From positions 29,822,001 through 29,886,000 of the forward strand of contig OX597834.1 in NCBI GenBank assembly GCA_951406725.2: a stretch of 64,000 bases of DNA. Reading direction: 5' to 3'. The notes under the pieces were generated by a model that saw only the letters and a program-made list of their open reading frames with translations, was not told the DNA's origin and made no database searches. The translations under genes and the position numbers were made by a program. This DNA is from Octopus vulgaris (Eukaryota). Positions 25,386 through 38,390 of this stretch are shown here, in pieces; within the stretch, counting starts at the first letter, position 1, and each line of letters begins with the position of its first letter.

Positions 25386-25737
25386 TTTACTCTTTACTCT
25401 TTTACTTGTTTCAGACTGCGGCCATGCTGGAGCACCGCCTTTAGTCGAGCAAATCGACCCGGGACTTATTCTTTGTAAGCCCAGTACTTATTCTATCGGT
25501 CTCTTTTGCCGAACCACTAAGTGACGGGGACGTAAACACACCAGCATCGGTTGTCAAGCAATGCTAGGGGGACAAACACAGACACACAAACATATACACT
25601 TATATATATATACATATATACGACAGGCTTCTTTCAGTTTCCGTCTACCAAATCCACTCACAAGGCATTGGTTGGCCCGGGGCTATAGCAGAAGACACTT
25701 GCCCAAGATGCCACACAGTGGGACTGAACCATGTGGT
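25386..25737 (-). mobile_element. SINE family A, head lost at (TAA)n
   Basis: Family A reverse complement ending at ACCATGTGGT. Confidence 0.9.
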
Positions 25738-25789
25738 AATAATTATAATAATAATAATAATAATAACAATAATAATAATAATAATAATA

Positions 25790-26170
25790 ATGTCAATCCA
25801 GGCAGACTGCAACACTTCTGTAAACACATCTGAAAATTTAAGTAAATATAAAAACTTTGAAGTAGAGGTCTCAAAATATGTGGCATCTCAGTACAGTAAC
25901 AGCACCTGTGACCATCGGCACTTTGGGAATAATATCAAATGACACACTAAAGCAATACGTCCAAATGAAAGGAAACCTGAAAACATCAGATCTACAAAAA
26001 ATTTTTCTCGTGGGTTTTGTCGACATCCTACACCGTCAATCTGAAAACACTTATATCATTGCTAATAATAAATAACAGCCTTAGGTAAAAGGTCCAACTT
26101 GCCGGATCAAACCTGCAACAGTTTGTGTAAAACAAAACAACAACAAAAAGAATTAAAATCCTAAATGGGA
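25790..26170 (+). mobile_element. R4/Dong-clade LINE C-terminal fragment (restriction-like endonuclease region)
   Basis: ENLSKYKNFEVEVSK/MWHLSTVTAPVTIGTLGII..LQKIFL (K..KY..L...I..MW motif); preceded by (TAA)n. Confidence 0.7.
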
Positions 26171-26867
26171 ATAAAATTATAATAGAAGATTATCTCCTGT
26201 AAATTTGTGACAGACAAATTATTCCAGAGTATTTTGTGATGTTGTACCTCTGAGGCCAACTTTGCTCTACTTCCCTTCGGGACCTGATTATATAAAGAAT
26301 CAATGAAATACTGAGGTGGATAGTGGTTGATTACTTCCCACCCACAACCTCACTTCCCACAAAATTTCTTGTACCTAAATCAGAGATCACGGGAGTTCTA
26401 ATCCGACTGAGGTCAACTTTACCTGACATTCTTGTGGGGTCGAGAAAATAGTTTACCAGTGAAGTAATGGAGTTGATGATGTTCACATAAGCTCTTCTGA
26501 AAATTGTTGTCCTTGTGCTTAAATTAGCAACAATCATTGCCACCACAACCACCACCACCACCATCATCATTTGGTGGTGAGCTGGCAGTATTATTAACAC
26601 ATCAAACAAAACGTTTGGTAGTACTCTAAATTCTGAGATCAAAATCTGCTGAGGTGAATAAAAAGTAGCAATCAAGTATTGGAATTAACATAACCAATTT
26701 GCCCTCTTCCCTCAAAATTACTGACTTTGTGCTAAAACTAGAAAGAATTATTATTATTATTATTATTATTATTTAGGATTTTAATATATTAACCCCAAAG
26801 GAGGAAAGGTAAGGACTTTGTCTTCTACTATGAGACCATTCACATCTAGGATGTTTTAGAGGGACAG

Positions 26868-26899
<32 letters not shown>

Positions 26900-27095
26900 T
26901 GTATGTATGTATGTATGTATATATGTATGTATGCATGCATGTATGTATGTATGTATAGAGAAATATACATATGTAAATGTATGTGTGTGTGTGTGTATAT
27001 ATATATAGATAGATAGATATATAAATAGTTAGATAGATGGATAGGTATAAGTATCACACTTATGTATACACATACGCAGACAAACATGTATATGC

Positions 27096-27126
<31 letters not shown>

Positions 27127-27136
27127 AGGAGAAAGA

Positions 27137-27181
<45 letters not shown>

Positions 27182-27246
27182 GTATATATATATATGTATG
27201 TATATATATATATATATATTATATGTATATATATATTATATGTATA

Positions 27247-27359
<113 letters not shown>

Positions 27360-27900
27360 TAGACCTTGGATATTGTCCAGGAATCGCTATCAGACATATC
27401 AAGAAGTCTTTCTAAACAAAAAAGAACAACAAAGAAATATTGCAAAAACGAAAAGAAAACAAAAAGAAACAAAAAGCCAACGAAAGCCTGACCAATTCCT
27501 GACTATTTTTATATATGGAAGTCCAAAGACAAATAAAGTGCATTTAGACTTAATTGTCATGGATTTATTCACGAGTCTGCAAATGAAACGGTCTCCGATA
27601 TCAGATATAGTTTCGCTATCAAATTGGGATATCAAACATATAAAATATGCAAATAGCAAAAATATAGATAGTATAAAAGAAAAAAAAAGTAAAAAGATTG
27701 AAAGAAAGAAAATATTGATTCTTCTATGGTAGAACCAAAGTTCTAATGATAATTGTCATCATCATCACCATAATCATCGTCATCATCATCTTCATCAACA
27801 TCATGATTATCATCATCATCATCATTCTCATCCTTATCTTCAAAAAAGCTATTTGGAACACACACACACACAAAAGCACTGTCTATCAAATCATTATGTG

Positions 27901-27934
<34 letters not shown>

Positions 27935-28008
27935 CACATATATATTTAAATATGAATATAAGAAAATGAGATGACAAAGGAATAAATGATTATCTTATGA
28001 ACTTCATT

Positions 28009-28089
28009 AGCTTATAGCTGTTTCTGCTCTAAGATGCAGTAGACTCATTGTTGAGTGCCTCAACAACACCTTAGAGCTTCATCAGAGCC
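28009..28089 (-). ncRNA. hammerhead motif with extended branched stem II
   Basis: Minus strand: GGCT-CUGAUGA-A-GCUCUAAGGUG..CAUCUUAGAGC-A-GAAAC-AGCU-AUA-AGCU; inner hairpin UUGUUGAG/CUCAACAA. Confidence 0.65.
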
Positions 28090-28272
28090 TAAGATATGAA
28101 GTGCAATTTATTGCATTACCAATGAGAAAGCAATAAAGAAATCTTTATTCGTTTATTTATTATATATTCCTCTTTATTTATTTATTAGCCTTTAGGGCTC
28201 TCAGGTTGCTTGTTTTGTGTGTATGAATGATTGAGGTCCCAACATGTAAATGTATATATATATATATATGTG

Positions 28273-28311
<39 letters not shown>

Positions 28312-28370
28312 ATATAATATTATATATATATGTATAAAATATATGTAAGTATATAATATAATATATATGT

Positions 28371-29022
28371 GTCGGTGGCACATAAAAACACCATCCGAAG
28401 ACCCGGCAAGACTAGTCAGGCCATAACCCGTGGCCCCTACCTGGGACGTAGTCAGTCCACCTGTGCTTACCTTCCTTCTTGTGACACTTGTGAAGACCTG
28501 TTGAGGCAAGTGAAAATCAAAACAAATCAAAATAGATGAACATCAATGGAATTTGTATCTTTGTGGTACCAGTGCCGGTGGCACGTGGCACACAAGAAAA
28601 CCATCCGAACGTGGCCGTAGCCAGTACCGCATCGACTGGCCTCCGTGCTGTGGGCACGTAACAAACACCATCCGATCGTGGCCGTTTGCCAGCCTCATCT
28701 GGCACCTGTGTCGGTGGCACATAAAAACACCATCCAAGCGTGGCCGTCTGCCAGCCTCGTCTGGCACCTGTGTCGGTGGCACATAAAAAACAACATCCGA
28801 GCGTGGCCGTTTGCCAGCCTCGTCTGGCACCTGTGTCGGTGGCACATAAAATCACCCACTACACTCTCGGAGTGGTTGGCGTTAGGAAGGGCATCCAGCT
28901 GTAGAAACACTGCCAGATCTGACTGGACTGGTGCAGCCTTCGGGCTCCCCAGACCCCAGTTGAACCGTCCAACCCATGCTAGCATGGAAAGCGGACGTTA
29001 AATGATGATGATGATGATGATG
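28371..29022 (+). mobile_element. RTE family D 3' end with tandem 62-63-bp units
   Basis: KTRQD* ORF end; units containing GTCGGTGGCACATAAAA (CATCC anchors at 28669, 28731, 28794); (GAT)n tail. Confidence 0.85.
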
Positions 29023-29057
29023 CTATGTATATATATAATATATATGTATAATATATA

Positions 29058-29089
<32 letters not shown>

Positions 29090-29121
29090 ATCATATTATA
29101 TATATATATATATATATATCA

Positions 29122-29152
<31 letters not shown>

Positions 29153-29154
29153 TT

Positions 29155-29376
29155 TTTGTACTTGTTTCAGTCATTTGACTGCGGCCATGCTGGAGCACCG
29201 CCTTTTAGAGTGGTGAAAGAGTACAGCAGGGATCACCACCATCCCCTGCCGGAGCCTCGTGGAGCTTTTAGGTGTTTTCGCTCAATAAACACACACAACG
29301 CCCGGTCTGGGAATCGAAACCGCGATCCTCCGACCGCAAGTCCGCTGCCCTAACCACTGGGCCATTGCGCCTCCAC
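29155..29376 (-). mobile_element. chimeric SINE: family F head plus family A tail
   Basis: 29207-29376 matches the 13546-13853 head; 29155-29206 matches the family A tail, followed by oligo-A. Confidence 0.8.
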
Positions 29377-29499
29377 ATGTATATATATAATATATGTATA
29401 TATATAATATATATGTATATATATAATATATATGTATATATATATATATATATATATAATATGTATGTATATATATATATATAATATGTATGTATATTT

Positions 29500-29530
<31 letters not shown>

Positions 29531-29581
29531 ATATGTATGTATGTATATATATATATGTATGTATGTATATATATATATGTA

Positions 29582-29624
<43 letters not shown>

Positions 29625-30494
29625 CCTTTTATTCTTTTACTTGTTTCAGTCATTTGACTGTGGCTGTGCTGGAGCACTGCCTTTAGTCAAACAAATCAAC
29701 CCCAGGACTTATTCTCTGTAAGCCTCAGACACAAGAAAAATATCCTGCTAGTGCAGAACTATGATAAAATGCACTCTAGGTATGACCATCCCATCTTTTT
29801 TCCAATCCCAGAGCGACTTTGTTAGTCCACCTATCTGTGACATTGTGTCTCGGGGAGTTTGGGAGTGTTTGTAATAGATGTGGTACTTAAACCTACGTTA
29901 GTCTGTTTGATAAGACGGCAGAGTATGGCTTGTTGGAGATTTGGCAGTTATTTCTAGCAAGGCTAACAACCTCATGGCTTGTATTTCACTGAGAGTGTGT
30001 GATGGTTGTTGTTGGTTTGGGGGAGGCTGAAAAAATAGAAAATGTTACACAGAAAGGGGTTTGTAAAGTGATGACTGGTTAACAGTAAAGGATTGACAAT
30101 TGATGGAAAGTGAAGCATTTGTGACAAAAGAACATCATTGAAAAAAGCGGGGTCAGGTCACAGTTGTGACATGTCACAGAGAGAGAGAGAGAGAGAGAGA
30201 GTGGAGGAGGGAGGGAGTTGTAGAGCGGTGGTATGCAAACTTAAGATATGAGTAAACTAAACCAGTATGGTGGTAGGAGTGGGATGACAATAAGGGTGAT
30301 GACCGATGTGGAGGGGGAAGAGGAAGAGGAGGAGGATATGTGGAGGGTGAGGGGAAGGACAAGGGGAAGCGAAGGGTCATGATGAGGGTGATGATGATGA
30401 TGATGATGATGATGATCAAGCACACTTATTGCACCATTATGGTCAGCATATTTTTAATAATCGTTATACATACAGCCACACCAAGCTTCGTATA

Positions 30495-30551
<57 letters not shown>

Positions 30552-30578
30552 ACACATACATATATATATATGTATATG

Positions 30579-30616
<38 letters not shown>

Positions 30617-30662
30617 CATATATATACATATATATATATGTATATATATGTATGTATATACA

Positions 30663-30707
<45 letters not shown>

Positions 30708-31309
30708 GTGTGAGTACACATATAAAATAACAGGTTTAGTCAGGTGGTCACAGCTGGAATGCATGTGATTATTCGTCTACTCAGTAAGAGCTAACTAGAA
30801 AGGCTAAACAACAACAACAACAACAGCAAAAACAATTATTGATTTTCATCTCAGCACTGCAACCATTTTAGAGAAACCCAAACTACACACCAGTTTCACA
30901 GTGCTCCCACCGCCTAAAAATGACAGCTCAATATGTTTGCATGACTCTCGGTCCTCAACACAATGTCTTTGATTCCTGTGGTGGTTATTGCAAAATATAC
31001 TATGAACTAACTTCCCCATGGTAAAATATGATCTCTTGACCTTTCCACTGCGGTGTTGGAAAACCTGGTACTTTTTATTGACCGGCTCAGATAAACCACA
31101 AACTTTCCAACTTCATTTTGGATTCTATAAAGAGATTTCATCTGTTCTATCAACCAAACGATATAAACAGCCTTAATCAGAGATATAAACTGGGTATTAC
31201 CATACACACACACAAACACATATACATATATTTGCTTGTATGAATGCATACACACACACACATATGTATATATATAGATAGATGGATAGACAGATACATG
31301 TGTGTGTAC

Positions 31310-31345
<36 letters not shown>

Positions 31346-31612
31346 GCAATGAATGAATAATAGAAAATAACCAATCTCTATCGACCAGTACACTTTAGTT
31401 CCTTTGCCTGAAACATTCCACTTTCCGTGGTCTTTACGGTTAATTGAAAATGGCACCATAGAATCAGTATGTGCCAATCTTTTTGGCAGAGAATAAATAT
31501 TTATCATTTGCTAAGGAATACATCTGACCCTTTCATCTTGAAAGCTAAAGAGCTCCTCTGCCGACGGCTAAACGACAATATATATGTGTGTATATACATA
31601 CATACATGCATT

Positions 31613-31646
<34 letters not shown>

Positions 31647-31973
31647 CATATACACATACATATATATGCATACATGCATATATATATATATATTTGTATG
31701 TATGTGTATAATGCTTTATATAGCCATAACAAACTGAAATTGAATCTAATTATATCGTTAATCATGATCGTCAACTCCCGTCTTCATAACCAGTTCTTTG
31801 TTGCATTTATGTAGCACACACTCACACACACACACGTGTACATACACACAAACACACGCATATACATGCACGCATACATAGGTACACAAATACATATATA
31901 GGTGCCAACACACTCTCTCTATTCTTCACACATTTTAGGTGTTATATATGTGTGTATGTATGTATATATGCTG

Positions 31974-32024
<51 letters not shown>

Positions 32025-32836
32025 TAATATGTGTGTATATATATATATATATATACATAATACACAATACACACACACATATATACACTATATATATAAT
32101 TATAGACATAGCTTCTATATATTATACACATATGATTGTGGATAATATTATATATGAATTATACATAGAGAAATATAAAATGTTTATACACATACACACA
32201 TAGACACACACACACACACATATACATACGTTCATGTATATATGTGTATGTGTGTGTGTGTGTGTGTGTATGTGCCTATCTTTCAGACCAAACGATCAAG
32301 GGAAGAGAACACATTAGGTGCTTCATCCAATTAAAATTACTGATCTCTGAGAAACTCTTAGAGCTGTAATAGGTACTCTGGTATATAACATCACACACAC
32401 ACTGTCACACACACACCCATATATTATGTATATGTCTGGTGTATGTATCAGTTGATATTGAAAGAGGGTGTGTATTTGCTCACACAATAAGTTAAACTAA
32501 ATATCAATCTATGATAAATAATAAATTATATAAGTTTCACTCCCTTTCATTTAGTTCTCTGTAAACCACTGAAAACTTTGAGTCTTTGTCCAATTTAATG
32601 ATCATCTTACTATGTGGTCATTCAACTTGGTGGAAATAGTAACCAAATCTCCACTCACATAAGACATATTAATGTCTTATAAAATATGTCTTTGGGAAAT
32701 GAGATCCTAGATACAGTGTGTCTAAAAATGAAGTAAAAATGTGTTGGCTGTGATTGGATCATAGGTCTACTGCATCTGGGCTGTACTGTGGTTAAACAGC
32801 ACCAATATACAATAATCAGACGTGTGTGTGTGTGTA

Positions 32837-32982
32837 TAGGTGCAGGTGTGGCTGTGTGTTAAGCAGTTTGTTTCCTAACCTGAAGGTTCTGGGTCAGTCC
32901 CACTGCATGACACCTTTGGTAAGTGTCTTCTACTATAGCCTGAGGCTGACCAAAGCGTTGTAAGTGGATTTCATAAAGAAGT
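32837..32982 (+). mobile_element. SINE family A head, interrupted by CR1
   Basis: GGTGCAGGTGTGGCTGTGTG..; resumes as GTCGTATATATGTGTG after 33127. Confidence 0.75.
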
Positions 32983-32983
32983 C

Positions 32984-33127
32984 TAGTTAGTTAGTTAGTT
33001 AATTTTTTGGCTCAAAAAGCAAAAAGCAAGGCCATGTAGGGGGACATGGAGTTATGTACAGGGAGGGTGTTCATGCAACGAGTTCAGGCCACTTGTGGTC
33101 AAGGGAGACTTTGAACCGAGCGGTCGT
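32984..33127 (-). mobile_element. CR1-like LINE 3' end
   Basis: TTARFKVSLDHKWPELVA* plus 3' UTR and (TAAC)n tail; homologous to 50861-51046. Confidence 0.75.
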
Positions 33128-33237
33128 ATATATGTGTGTGTGTGTGTCTGGCTGTCTGTGTCTGTGTGTGTGTGTATGTATGTAAGTATGTATGTGTCTG
33201 TTGTGTTGTGTTTGTGTATGTATGTATATATATATAA

Positions 33238-33460
33238 CCGATCGTGGCCGTTTGCCAGCCTCCTCTGGCTCCTGTGCCGGTGGCACGTAAAAACACCCAC
33301 TACACTCACGGAGTGGTTGGCGTTAGGAAGGGCATCCAGCTGTAGAAACACTGCCAAATCAGACTGGAGCCTGGTGCAGCCTCCATGGCTTACCAGACCC
33401 TGGTCAAACTGTCCAACCCATGCTAGCATGGAAAGTGGACGTTAAATGATGATGATGATG
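33238..33460 (+). mobile_element. RTE family D 3' end
   Basis: One hairpin unit, the D terminus and (GAT)n. Confidence 0.85.
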
Positions 33461-33605
33461 ATATATATATTTATATAGAGAGAGACAGACAGAGATAGAG
33501 ATAGATAGATAGAGAGAGAGAGAGAGATACGATATGCTTCTTTTAGTATGTGGGTGTGTGTAATCTTAACCATGCATCCTTTTGTCATTTTTGTAACTCG
33601 TCTCC

Positions 33606-33932
33606 ACTGGCACTCCATCAGTTATGATGACGAGGGATCCAGTTAATCCAATCAATGGAACAGCCTGCTCATGAAATTAGCGTGCAAGTGGCTGAGCACT
33701 CTACAGACACATGTACCCTTAATGTAGTTCTGAGGGAGATTCAGTGTGACACAGAGTGTCACAAGGCTGGCCCTTTGAAATGCAGGTACTACTCATTTTT
33801 GCCAGATGAGTGGACGGGAGCAACATGAAATAAAGGGTCTTGCTCAAGGACATAACACATCGCCAGGAATTGAACTCACGATCTTACAATCGTGAGTCAA
33901 ATACCCTAACCACTAAGCCATGCACCTTCACC
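33606..33932 (-). mobile_element. SINE family C, full length
   Basis: Minus-strand head GTGAAGGTGCATGGCTTAGTGGTTAGGGTA..GAGTTCAATTCC then GTGTTATGTCCTTGAGCAAG. Confidence 0.85.
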
Positions 33933-34198
33933 CATTGTATGTATTTCAATCATATCCAGTTGTTGTTAATGGTCCTATGGATGCAGTCCTGTCTGAAGAG
34001 TCAAAACAACAATATTACTCAGTGGGACAGCTGATGAGGTCTTAAATTCTCGCTTTATTTTCATTTGTAATATTTGTCTTATACTTGTATCATTCATGCT
34101 CATTCCTTATCTTCATGATTGCCAACAAATACAGCAATATTTTGTTTATGATTTCTTTTGTTCATATGTATATCTATCTATCTGTCTCTCTCTCCTCC

Positions 34199-34239
<41 letters not shown>

Positions 34240-34291
34240 GTTCATTATATTATAGTTCATTGTTTAAAACTCGCCAAGAAAAATTTTGAAA

Positions 34292-34354
34292 CCACCTGAT
34301 GAATGACTGCGACTCAAAAATTTAAAGACAGCAGGCATGAAACGATCGTAGTGG
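34292..34354 (+). ncRNA. type I hammerhead ribozyme motif
   Basis: CCAC-CUGAUGA-AUG(A)CUGC..GCAG(G)CAU-GAAA-C GAUC G-UA-GUGG; palindromic ACGAUCGU stem III; lies between (TA)n tracts. Confidence 0.8.
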
Positions 34355-34521
34355 ATATTAATTATAATTTTTAATAATTGTTACATATTTAAATAATATA
34401 AATTAATCATATGTATTGGCTTAAGTCTTTCATTGTTTGATTTGCCTAATAGTGGTTTTGTCTCTAATTTAATATAAAATAACATATATATATATATATA
34501 TATCTATATATATATATATAC

Positions 34522-34558
<37 letters not shown>

Positions 34559-34832
34559 TTTATTTGCATTTAAATATTTCTCTTAGGCATTGCAAGAGCA
34601 AAAACCTAGTGTAGAACTCAATATTCATATGCTTCAGAATAAAGCATTATTATCACTGTTGTGTACAGAGTAATAATAAGAGAATAAGACGACAAACGAA
34701 TGAACGATTATAAACTTACACCTGTTTCTGTTATAAGAAGCAGTTGACTCATAGTTGAGTGCTTGAGTAACACTTTATAGCTTCATTGGAGTTTCGGAAA
34801 ATGTTCTCCGTGATCCAGATTACATTTGCAAT

Positions 34833-35650
34833 ATGCCTAAAGCTACATAGTTTTCCAAAATTGAACAAGAGCAGATTCTTGCGCTGAAAGTGGAAGAAAT
34901 TGGTAACCGGAAGATTGTCGAAAAGATTTTCTGAAAGAACCCTACGGCTACAACTTGTGGACGTCCCAAGGCTACATCGGAAAGGGATGAAAGGGCCATT
35001 ATCAGAGCTGTGAAGAAGTCACTTTGCCCTTCTGTTTCCAAAATCAAGGCATCAGCAGTAGGAGCCTCAACATCCACCATAAGAAGAGTGATTTTGAGCC
35101 ATGGTTTCCACCTGAAGAAGCAGGTAGGGGTATCCGTTATTGTCCCCTTCACACAAAGCTGTTAGATTGGAGTTTGTTCGACAGCATTAGACGTGGGATG
35201 GTGAATGGACCAGGGTTCTGGTCCCTGAGGAGAAAAAAATGGAATTTGAATGGCTACGACGGTTTCTACTGGGCAGATAAATATATACAAAGTTCTACTT
35301 ATTTTATGTGGCAGGAAAGTTGAGGGATTCTTATGGTGTGGGGAGCAATATCTGCCATTGGGAAGGTGCCATTTGTCATCATGGATTGCTGTTTCTATAC
35401 TGCACGATACATCGATATCTTCGACGGGGTTCACATTGACAAAGGAAGAAGGCTCCATGACGAGAATTTTATATTTCAAGAGAACAATGCTCCTATTTAT
35501 AAAGTAAAGGCAACTATGGATTTCCGCCATACCATTGGGATTGAAGTCATGACCAGTAAGAAGTTCCAGCCTTAATCCCATAGAGAACGCCTGGGGATAT
35601 GTCATGAATGTTGCGTACAGTGAAGGCCAGCAGTATTCAAATCGCCCTCC
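34833..35650 (+). mobile_element. decayed Tc1/Tc3-like transposase
   Basis: MPKA..; GRPKATSERDERAIIR; EKKWNLNGYDG; LMVWGAISAIG; FIFQENNAPIY; NPIENAWG; several stops and frameshifts; cut by a family B SINE at about 35655. Confidence 0.85.
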
Positions 35651-36359
35651 AGAAGAGATGAATGGCAAAGTCGACCTCGGCGGAATTGAACTCAGAATGT
35701 AAAGACGGACAAAATACCGCCAAGCAGTTCGCCCGCCAAGCTCACAATTCTGCCAGATCGCCGACTCATGTATTGTAAATAATATCATTTGTATATTTTA
35801 TAACGATTTTATGGATATACGTATAACGTAGTAAAACTTTCTCTATATATTAGTAATGTTAGTCTGTGTATATATAGGATAAGTAAAGATGCTGTCTATA
35901 CATATTTTAATGATATCAGTGTGTATATATATATATATATTGTAAGTAATTACATTCTGTGCTGTATATACATAAACACACACACACACACACACATACA
36001 CACATATGTATATATATATATATATGTATGTGTGCATGTATGTATGTATATATGTATGTATATGTATATATATAATGTATATTGTGTGCATATATTGTAA
36101 GTTGACCAGAGGTCATCTTTTTCCCTGACAAAGAATTTGATTGTTGGGACGTGGGGTGAGGAGAAGTTTTCATCTAAGAAGTAATGATAATTTTATATAA
36201 GTGTATCTGTAATTAGAGTCTGTTGGTAGATATATGTGGTGGGTTGAAGGAGAGGGGGAGGGAGGGAGGGAGGGAGAGAAAGTGAGAGAGAGGAAGGGTG
36301 TGTGTGTGTGTAAGCAGATGAGAAGACAGAGGGAAATGGCTGGAGTGTACACTAGAATG

Positions 36360-36399
36360 ATAAACAGATAGATAGTTAGATAGATATATAGAGAGAGAG

Positions 36400-36482
<83 letters not shown>

Positions 36483-36507
36483 AAGATATATATATAGAGA
36501 GAGAGTT

Positions 36508-36577
<70 letters not shown>

Positions 36578-36592
36578 TAGATAGATAGATAG

Positions 36593-36628
<36 letters not shown>

Positions 36629-36639
36629 TAGATAAATAG

Positions 36640-36699
<60 letters not shown>

Positions 36700-36710
36700 C
36701 AGATAGAGCA
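36360..36710. repeat. (GATA)n/(GA)n compound microsatellite
   Basis: Direct reading. Confidence 0.95.
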
Positions 36711-37320
36711 GAATAAATGTAAGGAGATAGAAGGGAAATGGCCGAAGTATATACTGGGAAGATAAATGGAAAAGAATGAGAGAGTGGGAAAGATGCAGAG
36801 AGGGCAGGAGGGGAAAATGGAGGAACGAGAAACAACGATTGAATTGGATATATTGAGAGAGGTGGAAAGAGAATTATACAGAGAGAGAGAGAGAGAGCGT
36901 TGGGAGAGAAAATGAGACTCAGTAAGAGATTAGAGAGGGATAGAATTAAAGAGAGGGAAGAAGAAAGAGAGAGAGAGAGAGAGGAAAACGAGACATAAGT
37001 TGAGAGTATGAGAAAAAAGAAGTATGGAAGATGAAGAGAGAGACGTAGAACAAGAGGCAGAAAAATACACACACACAAACACACACACACACACACACAC
37101 ATATTTTGGGAGTTGCAGAGAGAAAAGGAGAGATACAGTAACATGCATGCATATTGATAGGGTCAGAGAGAAAATGGCTGTATCTCCTCTCTTATATCTT
37201 TACCAAAGACGATCTCTCTTCACGAAATAAAAAAAAAAAAAAAAGAACAAAAAATCATAAACAGAAAATATAAAAAAATAAAAAAAAAAAACAGTAAGAT
37301 GGTAAGCAAGTCTCACTAAC

Positions 37321-37347
37321 ACGTGATTTATATTTTTTTTCGGCCAT
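37321..37347 (-). CDS. candidate first coding exon, MAEKKYKSR
   Basis: GTAATGG start context, 9 codons, CGT|GTTAGT donor (phase 0); sits at the CpG transition. Confidence 0.3.
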
Positions 37348-37685
37348 TACGGGAAGTTATTTCGTGTTTCGCTTGGCTTTCTGTCACACAAAGCTGCTTG
37401 GATTGTTTCATTCGTTTTTTTGTGTTTTTTATTCCATTTTTTTCATGTTTTCTTTTTTTATTGGTTTGTTGTTGTTTTTTTCCTTCCTTCTTTCTTTTGT
37501 GTATCTTTTTACAAAATTAACCCCGCCCAACAATATATGTGTCTGTGTATATGTATGTATATGTATTTATATATGTATGTATATGTATTTATATATGTAT
37601 GTATATATATATATATGTATTTATATATATATATATATATGTATTTTATATATATATATATGTGTATTTTATATATATATATGTG

Positions 37686-37747
<62 letters not shown>

Positions 37748-37811
37748 CACATATATATATATATATATATATACATATATAACACAAATATATATATATA
37801 TATATACACAC

Positions 37812-37863
<52 letters not shown>

Positions 37864-37938
37864 CCTGACATTGGAAAAGTCATTTCTTTCGTGCTGACTT
37901 GTCCCCACAGGTTGAGTAGAGGGTCAGTACTAAAACCA

Positions 37939-38003
<65 letters not shown>

Positions 38004-38256
38004 TACACACATAAACACGTACATGTGTGTGCGTGTATGTGTAAAACAGCTTCCATATTTATTCGCTCTGCTTCTTTGTATATACAGCTATATCAATATT
38101 AATATCTATAACCATTGTACACAGACACGCGCACATGTATACACTCACATATATATATACATACGCACACATCATACAGACACGCACGCACATGCATACT
38201 CACACATATACGCACACATATGCACACGCTCTTGGAAGCACTCCGTCGGTCACGAC

Positions 38257-38390
38257 GACGAGGGTTCCGGTTGATCCGATCAACGGAACAACCTGCTCGT
38301 GAAATTAACGTGTAAGTGGCTGAGCACTCCACAGACACGTGCACCCTTAACGTAGTTCTCGGGGATATTCAGCGTGACACAGAGAGTCTA
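38257..38390 (-). mobile_element. SINE family C, 3' part, CpG intact
   Basis: Homologous to the start of 33606-33932. Confidence 0.8.
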
